Positions 11,290 to 24,236 of a DNA stretch of 64,000 nucleotides are shown one piece after another (the stretch's first letter is position 1; every line of letters begins with the position of its first letter). Origin of the DNA: Felis catus (Eukaryota); assembly GCF_018350175.1 (NCBI RefSeq), contig NC_058368.1:183150001-183214000 (forward strand). Reading direction: 5' to 3'. The notes beneath the pieces are model-generated. The model did not search any database, was not told the DNA's origin, and was given only the letters and a program-made list of their open reading frames with translations. Position numbers and translations under genes: made by a program.

Positions 11290-14080
11290 AATAAATACAT
11301 TTATTAATTAAACTAAATATGTGAATATATTCTCATGGTAAACATTCAAATGATCAAAAAGTGTAGTAAGAAAAATTACACAGATATGCCTTTCCTCATC
11401 TCTAGTTGCAATTTTCTCTTTATTTTTCAGACTTTATTTTTTTAAGGCAGTTTTAGTTTTATGACACAATTGAGAGGAGGATACAAAGATGCATTTCCCT
11501 TTTCACAAGGAATCACTGTAAAAAGCTTGCTCGTTGTTCTTCAAGACCTCTGTTTAAATATTTACATACTAATATATAGAGCCTAAAAGTATATGGTTTT
11601 AGTTTAAATGATTTAGTCAGAAATGGTACTATATGTTTCTGAAATATTCTTTCCTTGCTAATGTGACATGAAAATCTTTCCAGGTTATCTCCATATAGGT
11701 TTCACTTCATTCTTTTTTATCTACTGTATTGTAAAATATACTATAAAGGCACCATTGTATTTTTAATGTTCCTTTATTGAAGGGAATTTAGGTTATATTC
11801 AATTTTTTGCTAATCCAAGTGTTTTTATAATAAACATTCAGGTAACATGAATTTTTTGTGCATATGCGTATTTCTTTGAGCTAAATACCTAGTTCTACAA
11901 TAGTGACAGAGGAATACATAAGCAAGTTATAAATTTTGATAGTTACTGTCAGGTTAACTTGATAAGAATGTTTTATAAATGTGTACTATTACTGGTAAAT
12001 AAGATATTGTTTTACACAACCTTACCCTAAACTGATACCATTAATCATTTTGTTATTCTTGTCAATGTAGTAAGGGAAAAAATATAAATAAATTTGCATT
12101 CCCTAATTATTCAGTTAACTTGTCATAACTTTATTGAAATGCATATTACATTGTTTTGTGCATAGCCTATTCATTTATTTTGTCTTCTTTCTTTGTAACC
12201 TCCTTTTGTTGTTGAATTTTAGGAATTTTAGCATTTCTTTTTATATTTCTGTATTAATTTTTGGCCATTATAGAAAGGAAACAAATATTTTACCCAAAGA
12301 CGTCAATTAAAATTTTATCTTTGTTTATGTATTTATTTTCCATAAATCATTTAATTTTTATATAGTTAAATTTAGCAGTGTCTTTCTTTCTTCCTTCCTT
12401 CCTTCCTTCCTTCCTTCCTTCCTTCCTTCCTTCCTTCCTTCCTTCCTTTCAAGATTCAGCTGCATTCTCATGCTAAGGCTGAATTACTCTTACCAGAAAA
12501 TTATAACAATTATTCAATACTTCTTTTAAATGCTTTCATATTTGGCCCTCAATTTTACTCTTTAGTCCATCTAGAAAGAATCTGTGTGAATATTGTGATC
12601 TATGGTTTGATGTTATTAGTTTTGCAAATAGAAGGTAAGGATATTATTTTATCGTGTTTCATGAAGTACCATTTCCCCCCTTATTCACTTGTTCATACTT
12701 TCATGATATTTTATGTTACCATGAAATATTTCAGACATCCAAAAAATCACAACGAATAACATAGCAACTTTGGGTGGCTACTAACTATATCTAATCTTGT
12801 TTTTTCTTTTGCTTGAGATTGATTAAAGAGGAAAAATATTAGTCCAGATCATACTCCCTTCTAATATTATTCCTCTCTCTTTAGACATAATTACTTCCCT
12901 GCATTTATGGTACATCATTTCCATTCATGTGATTGTACATCTTCTGCACTCGTACATAGCCATAAACAAGAGACAGCAAATTTTCCATGCTTTAAGCTTT
13001 ACATTAAGTGACACAATATTCTGGCATGAGTCCACAATTTCCCTCCCCACCATTTTATTTCTTTGATTTCTTTTTCTAGGTGATTATTATGTTTAAATTC
13101 AAAAGGTTTTTGTATGCAATCATATCACTTACTGGTTTCTCTGCCCTGCTCTTTCTCTTATTCTGTATCTGCTTCTTGAATTTTTAAACCTATCTTGCTA
13201 AGCTATGTTCTCTCAAAATTAAGAATATATCTGTGGGTGGTTAGAATTCTCAGTTCTGACATTACTAAAACCATACTTGTTTTCCTTTATCCCTTGGGTG
13301 TATCTATAGCAGAGTATAAATTTTGTATTATCATTTCCTTGTCATCTAATAATCAGCAGCTCTCCTCATTCTGTTGAGATACTGACTCTTATTTTGTAGT
13401 TAATTATTTTAAATTCTCTTTAAAAATCTTAAGATTTCTCATCAGCCTTGGATTAATCACTTTTCTGCACAAGTATGATGTAGTTCTTTTTTCATGTGTT
13501 CCACCTGAATTTTGTCTGTAACTTTCACTATAAATAATTATGAATGCATTAGCTTGTGATAATTTTCTTCTATTGCCTCTAATTATTTATTTTCATTTTT
13601 CATCAATTTCTCTTTGTAAAAGTTGTGCTAGATGAATAATGGTTTTTATTTTTCTTTTTTCAACTAAACGTTTTAAATTTTCTTTCACATTTTTTATCTT
13701 TGCTTTCCTTTACCTTAGTCTCATTGTTTCCTCCCATTTACCATAAAAAAATCTATTCTATCCATGTGCTTGTCTAATATATATTATTATATATAATAAA
13801 TGATAAAATTTTTCCATTTTCAAGGTATTTATTTGATTCCCCCAGCACCCAAGCATATAAAATCCATTCCCACTCTCTGAGAATATAAAATATATTAGAA
13901 AAAAAATACTTCTATTTATTCCATTGACATTGTGACACTAGATATTATTTTTTTCCATTTTTCAGTTTGGTTGCTTACTTTTAATGTCATTGATTTTCCT
14001 CAAATAATTGTCAATTTTTAGTTATATGTTATATTTGTATTTGGGATATCATATTCATTCATTTTAAGATGACATTTCTA
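11290..14080 (-). mobile_element. Highly degraded antisense L1ME/HAL1-like tract (probably several fragments)
   Basis: T-rich, with L1 3'UTR-like motifs ('tattgaagggaatttaggtt', 'aatttgcattccctaattat', 'tatagttaaatttagcagt'). Confidence 0.5.
12381..12450. repeat. (TTCC)n microsatellite
   Basis: Direct reading of the sequence. Confidence 0.98.
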
Positions 14081-15169
14081 TTTATCATAAACTGTTTTCA
14101 GTGACTACAGGTAAGCCATGGGATTGCTGGCAAATGGAATGTGCTGGTAGCTTGACTTCTATCATAAAGACCTCTGAATCCCTAACCACTGATAATACCT
14201 GTTAACCTTCGGGAAGCGGAGCATTTTTCCTAGTTCTTTCAAACTTGGGACGTATATCTCTCTTGTTCACTGCTTGATATAAAGAGGGAACAGAGTTTCA
14301 AACCAGTCAGCCAACTTAACCAGGATGTTTTCTCACATTCATTGATAGGTGCTCTGGGATTTCTATCTCCTTATTATAGGTACTGCCTGTGAGTGACTAA
14401 ATGACTATGTCAGTAGAGTCATTTATGTCAGTTCCAGAGAATTATGATTCATGGAATAACACTCATTTAAAACTTAAACATTATGATACAAGTCCTCTTT
14501 ATACAATTTGGCGTAACAATGTAGCCATAGGTGGATTCACTCTGAAGGCCAATTTCCTTATGCGTAATAAGAATGATAATAGCTTTACCAAAAGTTTATA
14601 CTAAGGAGTAGAAATACCATATGTAAAATAGTTACAATAATATTTGACACATAGTACCTGCTTTAGAAGTGATAATTACCCCACATATTTAAATGCATTA
14701 ACTATGGCAAGTGGTGAACATTTATCTAAAGACATTAACAATCCTAAACATTTATTTAGCTATTATTTAGTAAAGAGAAAATATTTGAGAACATGAGGGT
14801 ACCAGATAGCTACATTTCATTGGATTCCAAAACTAGAAATATTGTATGAGGCGCTACACTAATAATTCCAGAGTAAAAGCTTAATAATTTGGAAAAGGCA
14901 ATTAAAAAAAAAAAAACTTGCTCTGCAGAAGTGGCCTCATATACTGTCTCATTCTAGATGCAAATACAGATGGTTGATATAATTGCTGCTTCATCCTCAG
15001 ATTTTATGAAGATAAGCAAGTATTTGTGATCAAGCATTCTTATTGTAATATGAAAGAATTCACAGTTTATGCAACTTTGGATACTAAGTTTAAAGAGTAG
15101 AAGGAGAGAAGTCGGTCAAGAAGCAGTTATATATAGATACTTCCAAAAATAGGAACTGTCTATATTTTA

Positions 15170-15394
15170 TTTTTATTATTTTTTAATGTTTATTAATTTT
15201 TGAGAGAGAGAGTGAGAGACAGACAGAGTGCAAGTTGGGGAGGGGCAGAGAGAGAAAGACAGGGAGACACAGAATCCCAAGCAGGCTTCGAGCTGTCAGC
15301 ACAGAGCCTGATGCAGGGCTTGAACTCAGGAACTGGGAGATCATGACGCGAGCCAAAGTCTGAGGCCTAACTGACTGAGCCACCCAGGAGTCCC
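15170..15394 (-). mobile_element. CanSINE (SINEC_Fc)
   Basis: Antisense and full length. TSD AACTGTCTATATTTTA on both sides. Confidence 0.97.
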
Positions 15395-15919
15395 TAGAAA
15401 CTGTCTATATTTTAAACTGTTTATATTTTACACACAAGGGTCAGCTTCTGAGGCTGCAAAGTAGATTAGATGCCATGATAGATGTGATTCACCCATTCAA
15501 TGATCAATTTGATTCATTTTTCTATAGCACAAAAATATATACAGGCCAATTGTGTAGATGGGTTGTTATCTTGATCATCTTATTGTCTCAACTAAACTAA
15601 TACTTCAGTTTCTATTTGTTATATATAATAGCTTAAAAAATCAACTAGATTTATAGCTTAAAATTATTTTATATGTATTCAATTATGATTTCTTATACTA
15701 AGCACTTAAAATGTGAATGAGAAAGTGTAAACTGTGTTTAATGATGATAATATGCATATATCAGATATTTCAGAGGGCTCATGTATCTCATTACTTCTTC
15801 AATAATGAATTAGAAAAAAGTATTTTTTAACAAACATTAGAGAAAGAATGGAAGTAGAATTATGGGCTGCTTATACACGCTAGGAAGTCAAATTACATGA
15901 AGAAGAAGTTTAATTTACC

Positions 15920-16105
15920 CATTAAAAGCTGCATGACTTTAGGCAACTTCTCTCACCTTTCTAGGCCAATTTTTCACCCAGTCTGTAAAAGAGAGATAAC
16001 AATAACACTTACCTCATAGGATTGGTGGAAGAGCTAAGGAAGTGATTGTACACAAAGCACATTAACACAGTGGAAATAATAGGTACTGACTAAATATTAG
16101 CTATG
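15920..16105 (+). mobile_element. MIR
   Basis: MIR core 'gctgcatgactttaggcaact', 'tctgtaaaa', 'acttacctcataggattgg'. Confidence 0.8.
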
Positions 16106-17388
16106 AGTATTTTACTTGCATATATTAAGCCCTTTTCATTCTACAGTTTGCAATAAGAATAATGGACAAGTTTGACACATTTTAAGCAGATTCTGTTTTG
16201 ACAAACACTTGAACCTGGCAAGGAAATCTCACTAGAAAGGCAGATTGGGTTTCTGTATATTTTTATTCACTTCTAAACCAGTGTAATATAGACAACTGAA
16301 GAAGAAAACAGATCCTCTAATTTGGTTCTCAGTTTAATCAAGGCTGTGAAAATTAGGTCAGTTTTTGGAAAAGGAATGGATTTGTAAAACAAATAAACAA
16401 TTGATTAGCAAGTCAATAAGAGACACCAACTCCTTTAGTGTGTGATCTTTTTAATTGCCAAGTTAAGTTAGAGATGATCAGAGAAAGGCAGAATTTAGGA
16501 TCAGGAAATCTTTTTTATCCTTAATTATAATGCAGAAACTTACATGCTGGCTGACCTCATATTCCAAAAAGACCAAATATGCTTTAAAATAAATTTATGT
16601 TGATTTAGCCCTTTGATTGTATGTTCTTTATGTTGTTTCCTTTCCTTCTAAATAGTATTGAACACTAAACCCCTAATAATGGCTAAAGTCTTTGAACACA
16701 TTCAATGACTGCATAAATAAGCCAAGTATATAAATAATTTCTTTTATACAACTTTAAGTTTCAAAGCAATTGGTGTAATAGGCTGAGTTCCATAGTATTT
16801 TAAATTTTGAAGCTCTTATTCAGTCCCTTCATTTTTTCTTTGTCAGGAAGATTTGTTATTTATATATGGTAATTAACTTCATCTTTATTTTAACACTTGA
16901 ATTTAAAGATAAGAGGACCTGAAGTCTTTCAGTATAATTTAGACAGGTATTTATCACAAATCAGTAGGCAGAGGTATTTCCTTCTTCATTCATTCAAGTG
17001 TTCACTTCATCAATTGTTTGTGCAATAGAAACCACCAAAATTTATTCATTTGGGATTGGGGATGATGGGAACAGGAAAGAAATATTTGCAAAAACAGAAA
17101 GTTATAGCTCTCAAATTTCTCAAGCTTTACTTACTATTTAAAAAAAAAAACCTAAACTGGCCATTATTGAGTAATTTAAAAAATACCTTTAGCTTTACTG
17201 CTGTTAATTTTGACATTCAGATCTTTCTATTTTGTGGTCATTTTATCAGACTGTGCCTTTACGTGCATTAAAAAAAAACAAATTTTATTACTACTTCTTA
17301 TGATGAGACAGTTTGTAAGAGACCAAAACTTCTAATGAGAACAGCCTGAAACGATGGATACATTACAAGGAAAAAAACAAAAACAAAC

Positions 17389-17398
17389 AGAAAGAAAA

Positions 17399-17454
<56 letters not shown>

Positions 17455-17459
17455 AAAAA
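17389..17459. repeat. (GAAA)n microsatellite
   Basis: Direct reading. It produces the KKERKKER pseudo-ORF. Confidence 0.98.
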
Positions 17460-17499
17460 GGACTTTCAATGCTTCAAGTCCAGCTGAGGCAGGCAAGAA

Positions 17500-18200
17500 T
17501 TGGGGGTACAAGGCACTAGAGAGAAGGAAAATAATTGAAGCCAAAAGTAAGAAATCTTCAATATGCACCTATTTAAAGTACTGAAAGAAAATAACTGCTA
17601 ACACAGAATTCTATATCCAGTAAAAAAGGCCCTCACAGGTAAAGGCGGTAATTCTACAATTGAGACATTAGTATGAAGAGCTATGCAGACTCACTTCCCA
17701 TTAAATCAAAAAAATATCTGATAAAAAATATAAAAGAAACCAGTCATTTAATACCCTTGGAAATTGTCCTAATGACATGGAGCATATGAAAAAGACATTC
17801 ACTCATAAAACTTGGTAAGAATCAGCATCTATGGCATTTGAGCCACACCTTATTCTTTCCACCCCACCCCTCACTCTAACCCAGCTTGATGGAAGCTCCA
17901 TTCTAGGCAAGTATGACCCACAAATCAGGGATCTCTCCCCACTCAGCTTCCAATCAGAGTTTAGTGTATCTCACTAGGAGTGGTAAGCCACCAGCATTTC
18001 TTATCTTTTCCACCTCTAAGTTGAAGAAGTGAAATTTCTCATGGATATGGCCAAAGGTTGAGGGCTTTTTTCATCCAGCTGGCCCCCACACATAGGATTT
18101 AGAAATTCTATCTCTAGATGACATGAGAAATAGAGACAACAAAACAAAAAGCAGATGTAAATCCAACAACAACAATAATAAACATGAATGGATTAGATAA
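17500..18200 (+). mobile_element. Old L1M fragments (ORF1 end and 5'UTR-like pieces)
   Basis: 'aaagtactgaaagaaaataactg...agaattctatatccagtaaaa' resembles the ORF1 C-terminus. 'cttggaaattgtcctaa' and 'aacttggtaagaa' resemble the L1M4/MC 5' region. Confidence 0.55.
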
Positions 18201-18278
18201 TACAACATGAGTTAACATGTTTTAATAACTTAGCTTTATATGGAAATACTAAGAGTACCGGTATATTTCAAAGTTTTT

Positions 18279-18489
18279 TATTTATTTTTTTATTTTTTTA
18301 ATGTTTGTTTATTTTTGAAGGAGGAGGAGACAGAGTGTGAGCAGCAGAGGGGCAGAGAGGGAGACACAGAATCCAAAACGGGTTCCAAGCTCTGAGCTGT
18401 CAGCACAGAGCCCAGTGAACTCATGAACTGTGAAATCGTGACTTGAGCTGAAGTCAGACACTTAACTGATTGAGCCACCCAGGTACCCC
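18279..18489 (-). mobile_element. CanSINE with small internal deletion
   Basis: TSD TCAAAGTTTTT at 18268-18278 and 18490-18500. Confidence 0.97.
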
Positions 18490-18528
18490 TCAAAGTTTTT
18501 AAAGAACTTAAGAGCTAGGGTAACCAGA

Positions 18529-18531
18529 AAA

Positions 18532-18570
<39 letters not shown>

Positions 18571-18575
18571 AATAA
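18529..18575. repeat. (AAAT)n microsatellite
   Basis: Direct reading. Confidence 0.95.
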
Positions 18576-18609
18576 AGTAAAAGAGAAAAATAAAGAAAGA
18601 AAAACTGAA

Positions 18610-18900
18610 TCTAGAAATACTCTGTGACTCAGCAATTCTACTCTAGCAGAATAAGCCACAGAAATATGTACATATGTGCCCAAAAGCATATTTAAGAGTT
18701 CATAGTTGTACTATTTGTAATAGTAAAACCTGGATAACACACCATAGTCTATCAACAGTAGAATGGAGAAATAAATTTTATATTCATACAAAATATGGTA
18801 TAGTATTAGAATAAAAGAACTAACTACCTTCTTCAAGTAACACAGAAAACTCTTACAAACATAATATTGAGGGAAAAATCCAAAAAAAGGAAAAGTTTAT
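18610..18900 (+). mobile_element. L1M ORF2 end/3'UTR fragment
   Basis: 'gactcagcaattctactctag', 'tctatcaacagtagaatgga', 'acaaacataatattgag'. Confidence 0.75.
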
Positions 18901-20019
18901 AAATAGATTAATCTACAGACAGCGACATCAAGTGTCAGTATATCCATTCTCTTTTGGTTCGATAGGACAGAGACTGACACAAGCCCTCTAATGTGAAGAC
19001 AATGGTCTAGTTCTCAATCTGCCTGGTGTTTTCTGTTTTGTTGTGTTTTGTTTTTTGGGTTTTTTTATTGTTGTTTTGTTTTGTTTTTTAGGGTTTCAAC
19101 TACTGTTTATTAGTGTTTTTCATAATCTCATACGTAGTGACCTATACTTAGCTACAGAAAATACTTTAATAGCTTTCATCTGACAACATGGAAGATGATA
19201 TTCAGAAAAACGGGAGAAAAAATTACAAATTTATGTGAACAGTAGGGGTGGGGTAGCGTGAAACAGACAGGTAACAGATTGCACACATGGGGTCTGTGTG
19301 TCCAAGCACTAGTCAGTAGTGATTTACATATGGTATTACACTTAGCTCAAAGCAACCAATTCTATGAGGAAGGACTTTGGTAATGGATCCCCTGGACAAT
19401 CTCTTCCCTGGGCCCTCTTCTCTCTGGAAGATGCCATTTTGAAAATAGACATACTCTCTTTGGTCATTAAAGACACCCACAGACTGTCAGAAGAAGTTCA
19501 CACCCCACCTCTTCCATCACTGTGTGTCAAATCCCAATAGTGAGAAACTGCTACAACTCTCCCCTTTCTGGCAAGGATCCTCTTCCCCACAGTGCTTTAT
19601 TCATCTCCATGAGTCTGTTTCTCTATTTAAAAGCTCTCTTAAATGTAGAGGAAAAATAACACAATTCTACCTGTGAAAACTGAAATTTAGTTCTTAAAGC
19701 ACAAAGCAGGCATTAGTATCCTTATTTCATTGATGAGGAACCTGGAGCTGAATGAATTATCATTTTAACTTATTTGAGGAGCTTTGATTTTTCTCAAAGT
19801 ATATAAAATTAGTTGATCAAATAAGGGTTATTATAAGTTTACATAAAATACAGAGACATTAACTTTTTCTTCAGTCTTGTAAAGCCTCAAAGTTCTAAGA
19901 ATCGATATACAACGCTTCAAACCAGAGATCAACAGAAATGTACTCTATGCTATATAAAATATGATGTCTATGAAAATTTGCGTGTGAACTAAATTTCAGT
20001 CATTGATCCTAAAAAATTA

Positions 20020-20112
20020 AGGTACTTGCCCATAATCACACAGCTAGTCTGTATGCAATCAAGATTCAAACCCAGCACTGTCTGTCTCTACAGCTATGCT
20101 CTTTCCACTCTA
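20020..20112 (-). mobile_element. MIR fragment (further antisense MIR pieces at about 19290-19375 and 19705-19755)
   Basis: 'acttgcccataatcacacagctagt', 'gattcaaacccagcactgtctg'. Confidence 0.75.
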
Positions 20113-20374
20113 TCACAATGAACCCACATCAGAACAAGAGTTCAAAGTCAAATGGCAAAACTGACTGAATTAAATATCTTCTCTTTCTGTTTTCTTTTGT
20201 TTTGATTTTTGTAGGGATCTTTATTTGGGGGGAACATTCCCATTACAGGTGTCATAGGCTGATATTTGTAGTCTTTGTGATATTGGAAAGCAGATGAAAA
20301 GTGTTCAACTTTGAGAAAGGGGAAGAAGGAGGAATGGAGGTGAGACTCATTCAAATTATAAAAAAAATAATAAT

Positions 20375-20482
20375 AATTAAGTACAATGTGGTGGTCTGGA
20401 TTGGATGCTGGGTTAGAAAGAGGGCATTAATGAAAACACTGGTGAAATCCAAATAAAATCTGGAATTTAGTTAATAGTAACA
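20375..20482 (+). mobile_element. L1MC 3'UTR fragment
   Basis: 'caatgtggtggtctggattggatgctgg', 'actggtgaaatccaaataaaatctgg...ttagttaatagt'. Confidence 0.75.
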
Positions 20483-21293
20483 CAAGGAAACAAAGTTGAT
20501 TAAAATGTAGGGGCTAGTATTTCTAGAAAAAAATGTCAGTGCTGATGAGTCTAACTCTGGCATGGTGTTTTCACATTGAACTTATGATGAGTGAACCCTT
20601 CTATATGTGTTGTAGGCCAATTAAATATATTGTTAACAATAACTTTTACAGGGTGTATCTACTGATTTATTTTACACTAAAGCTTTAGAAATTATCATTT
20701 TTCACTTTATTATCAGTCTCTTTAACAAAAAAGTTCATCAATGATTTAAAAGTGTTTTCATGCCTTGAAAATGGTTACTAATGAACAAATGATGAAATCA
20801 ACTCTTTTGGTTTTATTACCATTAATATATCTACATTAAACTATTTAAGTGATAGTGTCTGTGGAAATATCAAATATACTATATATATGCCTCATCAGAT
20901 ATTTTAAACATCATAAGGTGCTTAATTAGAAAATGAACTTTCATTAAAATTGAAATATTTACTAAAATGTACTTTAAAGAGAATTTTCAAATACATGAAT
21001 CACATTGCTTCACAAATAGATCCCTAAAGAGAAGTGATAAACAAAAAAAAAATACATTAAATTAAATTAAATAACTGAATATGAATTTTACTAAAAACAT
21101 ACTGCAAAGTTGCTAAGATACCCCTTATAACCCAGATATCTACTCGTGGGAATAATCCCACCTCTTTAATTATCATTTTATTATAATAGACCTCATAAGG
21201 GAAATAAAACAATTATATGTGTCTACCACCACCTCCAAATAATTCTTTTGAATATATTAATACTCAAAAGAGTAGTTTATTTGTTTTAATTTT

Positions 21294-21367
21294 TTCCTTC
21301 CTTTCTTCCTTCCTTCCTTCCTTCCTTCCTTCCTTCCTTCCTTCCTTCCTTCCTTTTCTTCCTTCCT
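21294..21367. repeat. (TTCC)n microsatellite
   Basis: Direct reading. Confidence 0.97.
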
Positions 21368-21443
21368 TTGATCATTTCATTAAAAGATCTTTTAATTAAA
21401 AGATCTTTTGATCTTTGATCTTTGGATTAAAAAATAGTTTCCT

Positions 21444-21658
21444 AGGGCACCTGGGTGGCTCAGTCAGTTAAGCATCTGACTCTTGATTTTGGCTCAGGTC
21501 ATGATCTCATGGTTAGTGGGATCGAGCCCTGTGTTGAGCTCTGCACTGACAGTGAGGAACCTGCTTGAGATTCTCTCTCCCTCTCTCTCTGTCCCTCCTC
21601 TGTTCATGATGGCACACACACTCTCCCACTCTCTCAACATAAATAAATAAACATAAAA
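21444..21658 (+). mobile_element. CanSINE (older feliform subfamily)
   Basis: Head 'gggcacctgggtggctcagtcagttaag', with AATAGTTTCC on both sides. Confidence 0.96.
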
Positions 21659-21949
21659 ATAATAGTTTCCAATGAGGGGCAAGATCACATTAGTGTATAC
21701 AATGACATTCTGTAAATTAGCAAAAGGCACCCTATCCTCTGTGGGGAAATCGAACAGGTCCTCTTGGCAACACAAAACAGACTAGATTTCATCTGCATTT
21801 GCCCCTTCATCTGGGTGTCCCAGTATAGGACATAACCTATCAACTATACTCATTGACCCTGATGAAGGGAATGGAAAACAAAATATCAAATGACACTCCT
21901 TTCCCCCAACATGTGACTAGTGGTGATTCTAGGAGCATGAGAATGGAAA

Positions 21950-22760
21950 GTAGACTGTGACTAAATAAGGGCATTAGTTAGAGAAGGAATAAAATTTTCT
22001 AAAAAGTGAGAAGTGGAAAAAAAAAATAATACACCTAAGGAATATTTGAAAAACTTTTTGAAACCCTGGTCAGGGGACCATATGATAGAGGTCACAAAAG
22101 TTTTAAAAGATGCAAAAAGCTTACAAGTGAAAATACACTATTTTAAGAGAAAGGTCAAAGTGAAGTGAATAGAGAAACACATATTATGTAAAATGTGGTT
22201 GCAATTTAGAAATGAAAAATGACCAGTAAAGTTAACTAGTAGTAACTTTATAACAAGTTGGATGTTCTTTATATAACTCATCTAAAGAAGCAGTGGGGCC
22301 ATTTGGTGATCCTGAAATAAAGAACTCATTAAGGGCTAAAAAGACTATAGTGGAAAACCAATTTTTTTTTTCCTTCAGGCTATACTGAAAAGATTTAAGT
22401 GAAAGTCAAAAATGCATTTGAACTGGGCAGGTTAGAGGTACTAGATCTAATCATACTAAGTGCACAGAAAAGCCAGTAGATAAACTAGAGGTAGATAAAT
22501 CACTACTGGGAGATGGACCCACTCAAGCATTTTGAGGGAATTCAAGGGTAAAAAATTAACAGTTAAGTAAAATGAGTAGCCTGTCCTTATAAAAAGACTA
22601 CCAAGCTGGAGAAATGTACAGTGCCAATGTAACCCTAATCCACAAAAATGGTCCTAGAATGACTCCTCAATGTCAGAGACAGCTTCCACACAAGACAAGC
22701 TCGTGGGATCTATTATTTAAAAATATGGAAGAAAAAGTGACACATTTTTATAAAGGAAAA
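21950..22760 (+). mobile_element. Ancient CR1/L3 LINE ORF2 fossil (linker region upstream of the RT core)
   Basis: Frame-broken peptides appear in CR1 order: VGPFGDP...KTIVENQFF (from 22293), DKLEVDKS (from 22479), ILREFKG and ANVTLIHKNGPR (22623-22658). These match recalled CR1 ORF2 motifs VGPL...AEKLNEFFASVFT, DKL..DKSPGPDG.HPRVLKELK and ANVTPIFKKGSR. Confidence 0.65.
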
Positions 22761-23254
22761 TCATATTATGCATATTTGGTAATACTTGTATTTTATTAAT
22801 TCATTTATATCATCATGATAGCAATTTTATCTACACAAAAACTTTACAGATAAGTACCATTATTATTTTCAGTTGTTGGAGAAAATTCCACATTCCAAGA
22901 GAAATGTGTATTTATTATGCATATTTTTAGTGAATACATTGAAAGCAAGGACATGATCCCTATCTTCCAATACATAAAAAGAGCTAAACATAAAAGCACG
23001 ATAAGAGAAGAAAAGAATATAGTAATATAGAGAATAGTAATATAGTAAAAAATATTACAGTAATATAGTATGGAGATTTCTAGAAGGAGAATATTACTTA
23101 TTGATGAGGTAAGTAGGGGTATTTATTCTTCATTTTAGAAAAAATATTTGACCTGGGTCCTACAGAATGTATGGGAATGTTCAATACTAAGAAGTTCTAA
23201 AAAGCAGGTTGGCAAATGGGAATGTTTGAGAAAATAAGAGAAATGGAAATATTT

Positions 23255-23770
23255 AAAAAAACAGAGTCAAAGTTATCACTTTTTAGTTTTATCATTCATA
23301 CACAGATGGTATGATTGTACGTAAACAATAAAAAGAATAAATCCAAATCTTTTGGAATTAACAAAATCATTTAATTAGTTAGAAGGCTAAAAGAGTCACA
23401 TGTCAATAGCTTTTTTAGACATCATCAATATTCAACTAGAAAATGTGTAATAAAAGATCTAGTTCACATCAACAAAATTTTAAAAGTCAGACAAACAAAC
23501 TGAAAATGTGATCTGTAAAATAGGAAACTACAAAACTTGAAAAATTAGTATAGAAGCACTTGGATTAATGCAGAGCTTTGCCAAGGTAAATAATGGAAAC
23601 AATCACATGAATATATTTCAATTCTCCCCCAATTATTTAAACAATTAAACAATTAAAACCCTTGTTTTGTGGGGTGTGCAGGAATTCAGTTTACATAAAA
23701 ATTCTAAATTTTACCTGGAAGAGTACATGTAAAAACAAAACAAAACAAAACAAAACTCCAGAAACACTTT
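23255..23770 (+). mobile_element. Old L1 ORF2 RT-region fragment
   Basis: 'cacagatggtatgattgtac' is a degraded (F)ADDMIVY. Also 'tcaatagctttt' and 'attctaaattttacctggaag'. Confidence 0.7.
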
Positions 23771-24015
23771 ATAAAGCAATAATGATGAATTGTCTCCCTT
23801 CCTATAATGGTACCAGAAACACAGGTATTGGTAAAGGAAAAGCTTTCCAAAAAAGTGGGGAAATGGAAGAGGTATGGACTCTTAAAATGAACACAGAATG
23901 CTAGTTCTACAGTAGAAATACCAAAACCCAGAACAGACTTGTTCACTTTGTCCCTGGGCTACTGAAAATGCTGTTGATAAGCACATTAAAAATGATTTTT
24001 AAAAATGTGACTTTA

Positions 24016-24236
24016 GGAGTGCCTGGGTGGCTCAGTCAATTAAGTATCCGACTTTGGCTCAGGTCATGATCTCATGGTTCATGAGTCAAGCCCTGTGTTG
24101 GGCTCCGTGCTAACAGCTCAGAACCTGGGGTCTGCTTTGGGTTCTGTGTCTCCCCCTCTCTCTCTGCCCCTTCCCCTGCTCCATTCCTCTCTCTCTCTCT
24201 CTTTCTTTCTCTTTCAAAAATGAATAAACATTAAAA
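24016..24236 (+). mobile_element. CanSINE (SINEC_Fc)
   Basis: TSD AAAAATGTGACTTTA at 24001-24015 and 24237-24251. Confidence 0.97.

Noticed and set aside
17354..17584. Lys/Glu/Arg-rich ORF
   Set aside because: It is the translation of a (GAAA)n microsatellite.
23015..23072. Degenerate TAGTAATA repeats (similarly the GATAAA repeats near 29980-30026 and GAATCTCT x3 near 46250-46283)
   Set aside because: Low-complexity slippage products with no further structure.
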